A DNA stretch of 64,000 bases from Eledone cirrhosa (lineage: Eukaryota): contig OZ024742.1 in the NCBI GenBank assembly GCA_964016885.1, positions 102,920,001 to 102,984,000 of the forward strand. The letters are read 5' to 3'. The translations under genes and the position numbers were made by a program. This document shows, piece by piece, positions 50,831 to 64,000 of this stretch. A model generated the notes under the pieces. That model had not been told where the DNA came from. It saw only the letters and a program-made list of their open reading frames with translations, and did no database searches. The first letter of the stretch is position 1. Every line of letters begins with the position of its first letter.

Positions 50831-53429
50831 AATCATGCAAACTGAGAAATATTCGTTTGGATTAATTAACGGTTTGCATAAGGGAAATTCTATAGTTTAT
50901 GTTGATTACCGACATGTGGAAGTGATTAAAGAATATTTTAATAATTTATTCCTAGAATATAATTACATTAATGCTCAGCATGTGTATAAATGATATACTG
51001 GATTAAATGTATGAGTAACTTTGGAGAAATAACTATTTAAATGGACAAATGTTGAGTTAGAACCCAGAACTTTGTGATTGGACAGAGAATATTATAGCAA
51101 CATGTGATTGGAAAGAGAATATTATAGCAACATGAGGTAGGAAATGCATTGTGTGTAAATTGTAAGTTACAGGCGAAGATATATATATAGATATACAAAC
51201 ACATGTTATATTATTGTAGATGACACTCTTGTTTGTTTACGGTATGTTTACACATACCTGCATTCACACGACTCCGTATTTGTATAGAATAATAGGAAGT
51301 TCACATTATGTGACGTGTACGACTTTTTTTTTAAATTATCTAGGACGATAGCAATGTAACAGCTGTCTTGGGCGTTTTTTTACTCGGTCAATTCTGGGTT
51401 GCTCTGTATTTTGGGCCAGAATTAGCTATTTAGAAAATTGTTCTTTCTATCACTATGAGTGTAATCTTAAGCAAAATGTCTTGTATAAACATCAAGTATG
51501 ATAGCGACCATTTACCTATTACGTCTTCATGCAGCAGGAGTCCCTGCATATCTTTCTTTAGTTATTTTTTCCATAAATAACACCACTGTTGTTCAGTGAC
51601 GACACTAGCATCACAAGGCCAGTTTAGCATGAATTGCACTGAGGAAAGATTAAGAACTTTACCCAAATGGTTGAAGACAAAGCAGTGGTAGTGTCAGTTC
51701 TCACATATTGGAGTGGAACATGGACAATCCAACTTTAGGGGAAAGTATGGAAGCCCGTAGTTTAGTGGTTACAGTGTGCGGCTTGCGATCGTAAAGTCGT
51801 GAGTTCGATTCTTGGCAGCACGCTGCGCTCTTGAGCAAGTCACTTTTTTCCACGTTGCTCCATACACACATGCACATACACACGTAAACACACAAAAAAA
51901 AACAACACATGAACACGCACTCATACACGTGCATGTGCACATATATACGCACACAAACATACGTAAATAAACAAACAGAAACACACACACACATTGACAC
52001 AAACACACACATGCATACACACATACACATAAACACTCCCACAAAGGCAAACACATGCTCAAGCATACAAACTAAAAAACACGCCCATACACACGAACAC
52101 ACACAAGGATACAAAACACACACACATGCACACACACACACACACACACACGCTCACACAAATACACACATAAACAAGTATATACAAAAACACACACATG
52201 AAAACACAAGCATACACAAACATACTCACAAACACACATGAACACATTAACAGACCCGCGATTACACACACACACTCACACAAACACAGACATACACACA
52301 ACACAGAGTAAGTATGATGACTAAAGTTTGGCAAAAGACCCACCCCGATAACATATCAGGTATACATAACCCAACCACTTCTATTAACTGTATTTAACAC
52401 TGACTAGGCGGTGGATTGGTAGCCTCGTTTGTGGCATTCCTTCCAGTCCTCTGCGCTCTGAGTTCAAATCCTGCTGAGGTCAACTCTGCCCTTTATTCAT
52501 TCAAGATCGATAAAAACAATCTCAGTCCGGTACAAGGGTTCATTCTTCCTCTATATATTTTTCTTATTTCCTCTCTATCACACACACTTTCTCTCTCCCC
52601 TTCTCTGTAAAAAATCGACTGTGTTTACAGCGGGAGACGAATGGGCTCTACCTGATTTAAAGTGCCCAAGATGTATGTTACTACGGCGTCCCTACGATTC
52701 ACCAAGAGTTAAGAACTCGTTACCATACCTACATAGCACTGCAACAACTGTTATTTTACATTCACAAAGAATCGGCCACATCGGCTGTACAATAAAGTTG
52801 GCAGTTAGTGTGAAGATGCATGGCTTAGTGGTTAGGGTATTTGGCTCACAGTCGTAAAATTGTGAGTTCGATTCCCACAGTGCGTCATGTCATTGGGCAT
52901 TTCTCGTTGTTACTGTTCACTCAGCCGGCAAAAATGAATTGTAGCTGTATTTCAAAGGGCCAGATTTATTGCACATTGTGTCACCTTGTATATCTCTAAA
53001 AATTACTTTAAGGGTACACGTGTGTGTGGAATGGTCAGTTATGTGTATGTAGACTTCAAGAGTAGAAAAATAGAGGAAGAAAAAAAAAACAATAAAGAAG
53101 TATGATTATATATCATTTGGTGGTGAACAATTTAAGGACAATTTGAATGTCGAGATTATGTCGGTGGCGTTTATATATATATATATATATATATATTTCG
53201 TAGGTGCCTTTGGATGATTTTAGGAAGATTCTTAGGAAGATTTTTGGATGAATTTAGGAAGATTTGGATGATTTTAGGAAGATTCGGGGTTATTTCTGGT
53301 TTGCAGATGAGAGACATTTGAAATTTAACTTATTTGCCTTAAGGTAGTAGAAGCTTAATGTATTTAAGATAGATATTTATTCTAAATTTTATTTATATGT
53401 TTGTGATCTAAGTAAATTTTGATATATCT

Positions 53430-53575
53430 ACCACCCTACTCACCACCATAGGCGCTGAGCTGGCCAGCCGCAGGTGTGAGCCTCGCGAGCTGGAATGGTT
53501 TTTCCAGCGCGTCTCCCCTGCCGTCCTCCGGGTAAACGCCTTCTCCATTCTGTCCGCCGGGGCTGTGGGGAGGCC
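53430..53575 (+). mobile_element. CRE-like 3' fragment; inverted sibling at 61410-61528
   Basis: TTIGAELASRRCEPRELEWFFQRVSPAVLRVNAFSIL, close to 28436-28770. Confidence 0.75.
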
Positions 53576-54044
53576 ACCCATATGATTGACTGACTTGTCA
53601 TTTTATCAGTTAGATATTACATACTTATGCATACAGCATGTACATAAGAGTCTTTGTTTTACTCTCCGTTTCCTCTCGTTTAAGAGACCTGTGTGAGCGA
53701 ATAGTCACTTTTACTATTATAGACCTTCTGATGAAGTGTGATAGATAATTAAGTTTTGCCTGAGATATTAAATTTTGTAAAAGTAAAGGGTGTGTAATTT
53801 TACATTGAAACTGTAGAACCTTAAACTGTATGCTATAATGACCTACTTAGAATCTACCTTTGTTTAGGGATAATGAAATTCTATAAACCTTTGTTGATAT
53901 TCAATTGTCCGCTACTTGACCGAAGGCATCGGAGAGTAGTGCCAAAGTACAGATTCTCTTACTTTGTCGCCAAAACCAGACAAAATGGACAGGTATTTCT
54001 TGTTTTGTTAACATTTTTGGTGTTCTCAGATCACGTGGTTGAAT

Positions 54045-54520
54045 ATTTTATGCTGGCTCCAGTTGTGATCGACCGTGGAGACAACAAGCGTCCCGATGGA
54101 ATTACCCTCTTTCCATTCGAAGGAGGTAGATCCCGCCACATGTTGTGACACGTTCTCCACCTCCAACATAATCGCTTCGGCCACAAACCCTGGTACTGCG
54201 GCTCGCAATGCAGAGGAAAGGATAACAAACAAATACCGGGGATTGTCCGGCCACTTCTTCTTCGCACTGGTCACCGTCAGGTGTACTTGAACACCCTACT
54301 GCCGAGCTCCTGCGCAAGATCGGAATGTCAGCAGTACGCGAGGCGGGGTGGCTGTAGCAGCGGGTGTTGCTGGCCATTGTCCGTGGGAAATGCTTTTGCG
54401 GTCTTGTCTGCGGGGCGCAGCCCCAATACTACCGCGCCCAAGGCCTAGAGCCCACCAACCCTTCCCCCTCATCATTCTTCTGTGGCCCTAGAGCCCTTGC
54501 CTTTTCCTTTCTTTTCCGTT
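54045..54520 (+). mobile_element. CRE-like fragment with RPDG catalytic motif and 3'UTR
   Basis: DRGDNKRPDGITLFPFEGG; ATCCDTF...SATNPGTAARNAEERITNKY. Confidence 0.8.
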
Positions 54521-54577
54521 CTCATAACCACAAAAGACACTTGAATTTTTTTACAATAATTTTAAGGTTTTTTTATG

Positions 54578-54617
<40 letters not shown>

Positions 54618-55697
54618 TATACATATTTATACATATGCTTGTATATTTAATTAATCTTAATTGTGGTTTGCATTTGAGTATATATTTTATGTTTATTTTA
54701 TATTAATAATTGTTTCTACTTTTGGCACAGGGCCAGCAATTACCCCAGTGAATTACTGATGCTTTATTTTATAGACCCCGTAAGGATGATGCCTCTTGCA
54801 TCGCCTATTGTTTATAATATTTTCTGATATCAAATATTTTTCTCATATATAATTTTCATCATGGATTCATTTCGCTCATGTCGCTTGTTTCTTAATAAAA
54901 TTGGGTATTTTCCTTATTCTTATTGTGGTTTATAGGATATGAAATAGGAACTAGACTGCTTGTATTTTTCGTCTTTGGTCGTTTCGCCCCCTTTTTCTTT
55001 AATAGCTTAGTATTTCATTTAATTTTAATTATGTTTTGCATTCGGATATATATATAATCTGTGTCGATTTGTTGGTGTCACTTGTTGTTTACTCTTGGAT
55101 CAAGCAACGACGTGTATGTAAAAGCATGTAGCTTAGTGCTTAGGATATTCGTCTGACGATCGTCAGATCGTTAGTTCGATTGTCGACGGTCTTGAAGAAA
55201 AACATTTCATTTCACATTGCTCCAGACCACTCTGCTGGCAAAAACGTGTTGTATCTGCAATTTAAAGGTCCAGCTTTGTCACACACTGTGTCCAAACTGA
55301 TCACATGAATGGAATTTTGTCATAGAGTTGCAGGATCAGAACTGATTTGGGGTTAAACAACTTTGACAGTAACAGCAAATTTAACATTAAAAAAACGACA
55401 TTCCAGCCGTAACGACATTCCAGCCGTAACCACCCTAACATTTTAGGAGTTCTGCGACTATAATTCCCAATGGGTCTTTTCTTCTTATGATATAAACGGT
55501 GTATGTTTTCAGGATAATTGACTGTTATTTCTTGCAACCAAATAGAGGCTCCCTCATCGCCACCTAATTAAATTTTATGATGTCAAATGAAGAGGTGGAG
55601 CAGAGTCAATAACCCTTAATAATCCCTCTCATATATGATAGTGGGGTAAATGTGGTTGATGTTGAACTGGAATTCCTGCAGGTTGATACCTCTATGG

Positions 55698-55937
55698 CAG
55701 TGGTTCCCAAACTTGTTTTACTCCCGGCGTATTTTTCAAAGAGTTTTTTTTAATACATATTAGCATAACATACAGTTAAAAGGTTCTAGGCCCATTCTCC
55801 CTGGCCAACACCCCCTGGTAAACCCCCCTGGCGACAACCCTCAGTCAAATCCCCTTCAGCCAACTCCTTAAAACTTAATCTTAGTCTTTTGCGGCACATC
55901 TAGTTACATCTCGCGGCGCATGGTTTGGGTACCACTG
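55698..55937. mobile_element. hAT (Charlie-like) MITE
   Basis: TIR cagtggttcccaaac/gtttgggtaccactg; TSD ctctatgg/ctctaggg. Confidence 0.85.
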
Positions 55938-55944
55938 CTCTAGG

Positions 55945-56660
55945 GAAAACGTGAGCAGAATAAGGTTTTGAATACTTGCAGATTAGTGCAGCCTCTGCGT
56001 ATGTGAGCTGCACAAATACTGTTGTGTCAAGTTCGGACGACATCCGCTTTCTTGACACTAAAGTATATGACGTTTGCCTCGACACACCTCTGAAACGACG
56101 TTATTAGAAGATAAGGCGGCTGGTTTTTCATCACAACTGGAGTCTACATACCTCGACCATGGTGATGGCAAGTGCTCAGACGGAATAACTTATTTCTCGT
56201 TCGAAAAGGGAGATGTTAATCTCTAATCTGAGACGTCACGTACTGCGACACGTTCTGCGCCTCCAAACTTGTCGTTTCAGCCACAAACCTAGGCACTGTA
56301 GCCCGTAAAGTAGAGGAGCGGAAGATAGCCAAATGTCGGGTCTTGACTGTCCGCTTCCTTCTCTAAACTGCCGTTTTTCTCTGCAAAATTGGGAAGAGTG
56401 TATCCTGATTGAGAAAAGGGTTCTGCGAGGTCGAGTGTCTGGTGCAGCGGGTGTCGCTGGCTGATCCCCGACGGTTATGCCTTTGTAATTATGTCCATAC
56501 GGTACATCTAAGATGTATCGCCTAGGCTGGGGTGTAGAGTCTGACCCCCACCACCACTACCACCACTTCTCCCTTACTTTCGTTATTTAAATTTTCTTTT
56601 TTTTTTTCATTTTTATTCTAAACATTATATAACTTAATTAAAATTTGTTGAATAAAACTT
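55945..56660 (+). mobile_element. Decayed CRE-like fragment (zinc-knuckle remnant plus REL domain)
   Basis: GRHPLS, RLPRH, DHGDGKCSDGIT, DVTYCDTFCAS...SATNLGTVARKVEERKIAK. Confidence 0.7.
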
Positions 56661-57189
56661 AATCATATAATGTAGTTCTATGGAGGAAGTGTTTAGTATT
56701 GGGCTTGGAGTTGTAAGATGGTGGCGATGACAAGATTGAAACTCGTTTATCAACAGCAGAAGAGGGTTGATTTAATCTTTCGGATGTAGTTTTGTCTATG
56801 TTATTACATGTGGGGCCAGGGCGGTGGATTGGCAGAATCGGTAGAATGTCCGACAAAATACTTTGCTGTGTTTAATTACGACTTTCTACGTTCTGAGATC
56901 AAATTCCGCCAAGATCAACTTTATCTTTCATCATTCCGAGGTTAATAAAATAAAGTGCCAGTCGAGAACTGGGATCAATATAATCGACCCCACCCCACCA
57001 TCACAAATAATTTCTAGTCTTATGCTTGTGTTAGAAAGCGTTATTACATATGGTGTGACCAACGTCACCGTGTTGGTCACAGTGAGTCACGATGAGGGTC
57101 ATCGTAGGGGTGAGCCATGGAGTTCCTATGAGGGACCATTGAATGTTGCGAGGTTTAAGGTGGATGTTGTGACAAACTGTTTATGACAT

Positions 57190-58255
57190 ATGTTATAGTT
57201 ATGACTTTAGTTTATATGTTATAGTTATGGCTTTAGTTTGTGTTATAGTTATGACTTTAGTATATACTAGCAGAATGGCCCGGCGTTGCTCGGGATTCTA
57301 AACATAGATTGGCATGTTTATCCCTCCTTTCTGAAACAGTACAGAGAAGTACGGAATACCTCGGCCTGGGGTTGGTGTCTACATTTTGAGCTTATAAATA
57401 AAATTCGTCGTAGATTACCAGAGGTTTAACTTAATTGGGTGCCTGAGAGTAAAATGTTCAACCCACGAAAACCAAGACGATAGTGTTAAGTAAAAAGGCA
57501 TTCGACAAACCGAACATGTATTTTTTGTGCTATGGTACAATGAAAGCAATAGTTACAGAGCAGTAAGCATGTGGGACTGCAGTGGTGGAGAGCATGAAGG
57601 AATTTAGTTGGATACTATTAAGGTTACAGGCCCTAACGCAACCAAAATGCTAAACAATACGGTCCCCAGGAAAAAATTGGAAATCTGTTTCAGTGAAGAG
57701 AATTTGTGAAACATAAGTGATGCATATGCAAAGTTTTTTTTAAAATCGGTTGGGTACTTCTTGAGTTCCAGGCCCTAACGCAACCAAAATGCTTTTAAAA
57801 ATCGGTTTTTCGCCTAATGCAGTCCCTGGGGCAAAAAATTGGAAAATCTTTTTTGCTCAAAACACTTTAAACGACATAAGTAATGCAAATTTTGAAGAAA
57901 TCGTCTGGATTATTGTTCCGTTATGAATCAAAAAAGCCTTTAAAGCCTAAAATATGCGGATTTTCGCCTAATGCGGTCCCTAGGGCATTGACAATTTGAA
58001 ATATTTGCTCAAAACACTCACACGACCATAAGTATTACATGTGTAAAGTTTGAAAAAAAAATCAGTTGGGTCGTTCTCGAGTTTTAGGGAGTCAGACAGA
58101 CAGACATTCTCTGTTTTAGATATATAGATGTTATAGTTATGACTTTAGTCTATGTGTATGTGTTATAGTTATGACTTTAATCTATGTTATAGTTATGACT
58201 TTAGTATATGTTATAGTTATGACTTCGGTATATGTGTTGTGGTTATGACTTGATT
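57190..58255. repeat. Short tandem array (tgttatagttatgactttagtata) split by a Helitron
   Basis: units at 57190-57266 and 58129-58255. Confidence 0.8.
57267..58128 (-). mobile_element. Complete non-autonomous Helitron (862 bp)
   Basis: minus strand A|TC 5' end, 3' hairpin cccgagcaacgccggg then CTAG|T; no TSD; empty site restores the tandem unit. Confidence 0.85.
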
Positions 58256-60188
58256 ATAGTAGTATGTATGTAGCGCTTATGATATTGCCATAGTAGTATA
58301 CATGTAATGGTTATGTGAAGTTTGGGTTTGAAATAAATCTTTTGTGACATCAGTCCTGGAACTTTTCTGACACACCTCGTATGTAGTGCATATATCTTAC
58401 ACCAGCTGATGCCATTAACCGTACTAGTTGTGTATGTTTTACAAGTCCAACTAACGTGAAATATCTAGGTTGCATGCGAATGACGTGTGTGAATAGAAAG
58501 TTAAGGAGGAGTGAAGAGTGTTATCAACTGTATAGGAGTGGTATGTGGTTGGAAGTAGCAAGTAATAACAAGGCCGGCATTGAATCACTTTGCACCAGCA
58601 CACTATTGCATCGTATATGTTTTTTTCTTTTTCAATACCAAGCCGGAAGATAGGACATTTCTTTTGTGAGCAATTAAAACATTTAAAACTGAATGATATT
58701 GTACTCTTTTGACACACATATGCTTCTCAAATTTCATGTTATAAGGTCATTTATCGCTGTGCAGATAGTCAACTATTTATACACCGATAACTATGAATTG
58801 ATTTATTTAAAAGCTACAACGGCGCTGGATTTTCAGAATCATAAGAGAATCGGACAAAAGTTTAGCAGCATTTGTTTTGCTCCTTACATTCTGAACTCAA
58901 ATATCGCCAAGGTCAACGTCGCCTTTTATACTTCCAATGCCGATTAAGTCAAATACTGGAGTCGATTCTTGCCCTATCTCTCTTTATCAATTTCTCACTT
59001 TCTTTCTCTGGAAGACATCACCTGTCTTATGACTTGGAAGAGGATGAAATTCGTTAGGTTTTAAAATGCCTAAACCGTGTGTCAGGATTGAGCCCTTCAT
59101 CTTTACTGGGACCGGTATAATCGACTCCTTTCCCAATTGCTGGCCTTGTGCCAAAATTAGAAACCAACCCACAGAGCTAAAGGAATGAAGGAATATGGCT
59201 TTGGGATATTTATGCCTTTCTAAAAAGTATTAGTATAAGTGAAGTGAATTAACCGCAACCAAATATAGAAACCGCAAATTCAATTCGGCTCATTAGAAGC
59301 TTACTTCTTGTTCAAAGGCACACGCCATCCTAGTCACAACACATGGCCAGCAATCTGTGAGGAGAGAAAAGTCGATTATATCGACATCAGTACCTTACAA
59401 GTACTTTATTTTGTCGACCTCAGTTGACCTCGGCAGGTTTTGAACTCAGAACGTAAACGGCCGTAACACAATACTGCAATGGATTTTATCCGACACACGA
59501 TTCTGCCAATCCATCACCCTACGAGACCCACTTAATGAAATTAATATTAAATCAAAACATTTCATCAATCCAAGGAATCTACGTTCATAATCTGCCGACT
59601 AAATATTTATTTGTTTTTAATCGATTCAATTAAACGCCTATATTATTTAAAACCTCTATCAGATGATTTTGGTGGTCTGATGTCTGATCTTACTACCATT
59701 AGCCTGCTTAGTACATCACACCAGTCACTAGTTTAGTCCTATTGCATGAACTGATCACGATACAACACCAATCAGATCATTTCACATCTTAAACCATCGC
59801 CTTACACTACCCTAAAAAGGGATCTTAAATTTCAAATAAAGGGGCCAAACTATTATTTTCTTTGTGAAGATCGTAAACAGCCGTAGGGATAATTTCAGTT
59901 AATAAGCGGGTTATATGTCTGATGATCCAGTAAAGAATATACGAAAGAGTGGTCCTTATCTATCGTAATTTAAATCACTCTAAAGTGAAAGTAGATTATC
60001 TACTTAACACATTAAGAGATGAGAGGGTATTTATTAATAAACGTAGCAATTGTGAATCGAGTACCGTAAAGCAACAGTTAAGCTCCCGGTTAAAAATATC
60101 AAATTTGAGAAAATAATTTTTTTTTTGTAGAATCGTAATCTTTAATGTTTAATACATATGAATTTGAAAAAAAATAGAAAATAGAAAA

Positions 60189-60383
60189 TAATTGTTTCTA
60201 CTTTTGGCACAAGGCCAGCAATTACCCAGTGCATTACTAGAACTTTATTTTATCGACCCCGTAAGGATGAAAGGCAAAGTTAACCCCGGCGGGATTTGAA
60301 TAGCATGGGTCGTAACTCAGAATGGCATGGGTCGTAACTCTATGAGTCAAAGCATGGTGTCCGATCCTCTACCAATACTGCCA
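60189..60383 (-). mobile_element. SINE family A with small internal duplication
   Basis: gcatgggtcgtaactc occurs twice. Confidence 0.85.
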
Positions 60384-60949
60384 AGAAAATAATAAAGTTA
60401 CGGTATATGTATTTGTGTGTTTATTTCTTTAATTTACAAGCAAAATCTTCATTTTGGGTTACTTTTTATCACGATTCACTATGTTTTTGAAAATTCTATG
60501 CTACTTGTTAATAAATACCCATGTCAGATGTATTCACTGTGGTTGCAGACATCTTTCACAACTGATATCAGACTGGGAGAATTTCCCCTTGTGTGAGCCT
60601 GGAATTGTTGCTTCTGAAGAAGGTCACGAACAAATGGCGTGGGATTGTGGTTTAGATAATTTCCAGTACTATTTCTACTTTATGCGACATATCGGAGAGA
60701 AAGGACTGATAGTAAATATTGCTTCAGTGGAGATTTGATCTATTTAGATCAATCTATAACTTTTGACAGAGGTGACTGTTCTAAATATAGTTAGTGCTGA
60801 TCTCGTTTTTAGAAGCTGGGTCGTCATTTATATAGCGGAATATGTTCAGTGGTCAAATTAAAAAAACAAATATTGAAACCGTTTCGATGTACACGATCGG
60901 TCTTTCAATAGTATCTCCTCTCGTGATAATGAAACATAACGTGTGAGGT

Positions 60950-61140
60950 AATAATTGTTTCTACTTTAGGCACAAGGCCAGCAATTATCCCAGTACATTA
61001 CTGGTACTTTATTTTATCGACCCCGTAAGGATGAAAGGCAAAGTTAACCTCGGCGGGAATTGAACTCAGACTGTAAAGGGACGTAACTATGCTAGAAAGA
61101 ATGGCGTCCGACCCTCTACCGATACTGCCAATCCACCGCC
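60950..61140 (-). mobile_element. SINE family A
   Basis: full unit. Confidence 0.88.
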
Positions 61141-63225
61141 CTTACGTGTGAGGTAATAATGAAACAGTATCAAATGATTACAGTGCAGTAATTTTCTTAC
61201 GATGACCATAATTACTTCATACTCCACTTCAATTACTTTTCCTTTTCTAGTGGTCAGAGTCCTGTTTAATTTATGGTACAATTGTTTCATAAAACCTAGT
61301 TTGACAAATGTGTCCGAACACGGAAGAACCGAACTCCCACTGACATCGCCTCCATCTCTCTCGCTCTCCCCATCTCTCTGTATTATGAGCAAATGAGGTC
61401 CCACGTGCTGGCCGCCCCACAGCCCCGGCGGACAGAATGGAGAAGGCGTTTCCCCGGAGGATGGTAAGCGAGCCATTCTATCTCGCGAGGCTCACACCTG
61501 CGGCTGGCCAGCTCAGCGCCTATGGTGGTCAATCTTTAGCTTTGGGGTTACTAATGTGTAATTTAGAATTTGGAGAGTTGCATTCAACTCAAACTAGGAC
61601 TGAGGAGAACTATGTACGCACTCGCAGACACGTGGTTTCATACAGACATACACCTCGGAAATCGAGGTGCATATTGAAAGAGTAGAAAATAGTATGAAGA
61701 ACATGTATTAGCCAAGGCTAAACAGGAGTGGCGAATGCCTGCATCGCTTCTGCATGCAATAACGAAAGGAAATTCTCAAGGAAAATCCAGAGAGTACACT
61801 ATGAATACAGAACAAATGAAATTCCTGTATGTCTTCCTGGAAGTTTTCGGTAAATGGACAACAATATACTGCACCAGTAGATAAGACGTCGGAAAACCAA
61901 TGTCAAACCCGAACCATAGTGCTAAAGATATCTTCAGTGAGGATTTAGCCGAGAAATTTATACAAGCACTTGGTACTAAACACCAGAAATTCAACTTGCG
62001 GGAATTCTTTCTTCATGCAGGATGCACTTCTTGTTTTGCGGAGGAAAAAGTCAATCCGGGACAAAAGAAAGGAGGGGAAATCTGCATCAGCCCCCCCCCC
62101 CCCCCCTCCTCACGGGAACTCTGTCTTCATGCAGGATGCATTATTTTACGGAGGAAAACATCAGTCCGGGGACCGAGGATATGTGAGGTCTTGAATACAA
62201 CCGGCATGAAAAGAATGCGGTCGGATTACTTCTGCATTACATGTGCCACATTCAGATATATTGTTTGTGTGTCAGATAGGAGAGTGGTTAACTCATTCGA
62301 TACCAACCGCTTCTGCAGCTGTAAAATAAACTCACCCATTTCAAACAGTTCCGGTTTAAGTGAAAATTTTCCACAATTATATATAAGAACATTTTGTTGT
62401 TAGAAATATCTTAATAATTAAAATTATTCCAGTAATTCCCTAAAGTTCTTTTTCTTCTTCTTCTTCTTCTTCTTCTTGGGAGGGTCATGGGGGAAGAGTC
62501 GTTAAACACTCCTTCCAGTGGGTCCTGTCAAAAACAACCGTCTCCTACTGACCCGGCTAGACACCCCCAAGCGAAACCACCCAACTCATGGATGTAATAC
62601 AACCCTCTTGCTCGGTATTTACCCCTGGGTCACTCTGCAGTAATTAATTCAAATACAGTATTTTACATTATAGTAATATGGTAATGTAGGCGGCGAATTG
62701 GCAGAGTCATTAGAACGTCGGATAGAATGCTTTATGGCATTCGTTCCGGCTCTGCTGTCTGAGTTCAAATCCCACCGAGGTCAACTTTGCGTTTCATCTT
62801 TTCGAGGTCGATAAAAAAGTACCAGTCTAGTACTGGGGCGAGTCTTCTTCTATATCTATTTCTCATTCTCTCTTTCTAACTGTCTATCTTTCTCTGGAAG
62901 AAATCTTCTGTACTCAGGCCTGGAGAGGCTTAAAATGTCCAAGAAACACTGTATGTCAAACGGCGCCCCTACGACACTACCAGGAGTTACGGGACAAAAA
63001 CAAAAACAAAAATAATGAAAGGGTTAAGACAACTGCCACAGGGACAACTTGACTGTGAAATGCCCAACCACTCAGGAAAGAAAATGTTTGATCGTAGTGG
63101 AAAAAATAGTCAAAGTAATCCAAGTTGTGTGGTTCCCTTGATCAGCTCTTGATATCTCTTCCGATATTAGGACGTTCTATTGATATATATTTATATTTTA
63201 TACAATTTTATTAAAGCGGCTAATT

Positions 63226-63413
63226 ATAACTGTTTCTACTTTAGGCACAAGGCCAGCAAATTACCCAGTGTATTACTGGTACTTTATTTTATCGACCCCG
63301 TAAGGATGAAAGGCAAAGTCAACCTCGGCGGGATTTGAACTCAGACCGTAAAGGGACGTAACTATGCTGGAAAGCATGGCGTCCGACCCTCTACCGATAC
63401 TGCCAATCCACCA
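63226..63413 (-). mobile_element. SINE family A
   Basis: full unit. Confidence 0.88.
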
Positions 63414-63804
63414 ACCCAAGCGGCTAATTATAACGTCAGATAGAATGTTTTGAGCTATTCGTTCCAGCCCTCTGCCGTCAGAGTTCAATTCCTGCCGTGG
63501 TCAACTTTGCTTTTCATCCTTTCGAGATCGATAAAATAAAGTACCAGTTCATTACTAGAGTCGATTCTTCCTCTGTATCTCTTTCTCACTTCTGGAAGAA
63601 ATCGGTTGTTTAGACCTGTTGAGGAATGGGTTTCACCAGGTTTAATGTGTCCAAGACGTATGTCATGATGTCGTCCCTACAACTCCACCTAGAGTTACAG
63701 CTCCATACATATATGATTATATGATTATTTTATTTTATTTTTTTACTCAATGTTAGACTCAAGGCTGAGGGATCACTTTTAGTGTCTTATATTATAGGAC
63801 ACTT

Positions 63805-64000
63805 TCTACCAGCTCAGGCTTCGCTGCCCGCCAAGCCGAAGAGGGAAAACTGTCAAAGCATCGGCCGCTCTCTGATAGGTTTGTGGTTGAGCCTGTAGCA
63901 GTGGAGATTTCCAGCGTTCTTGCCTCGCCCGGATCACATCCCTGTTCACTGCTATCAGAGCAGAGCTGGCTACCCGCAAATGTGAGTCCTGCGAGATGGA
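63805..64000 (+). mobile_element. CRE-like REL fragment running off the window end
   Basis: SGFAARQAEEGKLSKHRPLSDRFVVEPVAVEISSVL, same subfamily as 31613-31885. Confidence 0.75.

Overview
AT-rich, microsatellite-dense animal genomic DNA; the repeat landscape suggests an octopus or other coleoid cephalopod (inference). The only clear host gene is the 3' part of the meiotic MutS-gamma gene MSH5 on the + strand. Thirteen GT-AG-bounded coding exons lie between 678 and 18581, including the Walker A (GPNASGKS) and Walker B (VIVDEFGKGT) exons. About 120 aa of expected coding sequence is missing at a 200-N gap, and the N-terminal exons lie upstream of the window. The rest is mostly repeats: two tRNA-derived SINE families, RTE and CR1 LINE relics, about 11 3'-end fragments of CRE-like (restriction-like endonuclease) retrotransposons, Helitrons, hAT/piggyBac/mariner/pogo-type MITEs, and mini- and microsatellites. 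Most notable: an intact-core minimal hammerhead ribozyme plus decayed relatives; a 40-copy minisatellite amplified from the catalytic SDH motif of a LINE endonuclease; a 24-copy intronic minisatellite carrying splice-site consensus motifs; and a bipartite RTE element whose head-to-head arrangement mimics a TIR transposon. Most long ORFs in the supplied track are repeat artefacts. All family assignments come from motif recognition by eye, not database searches.
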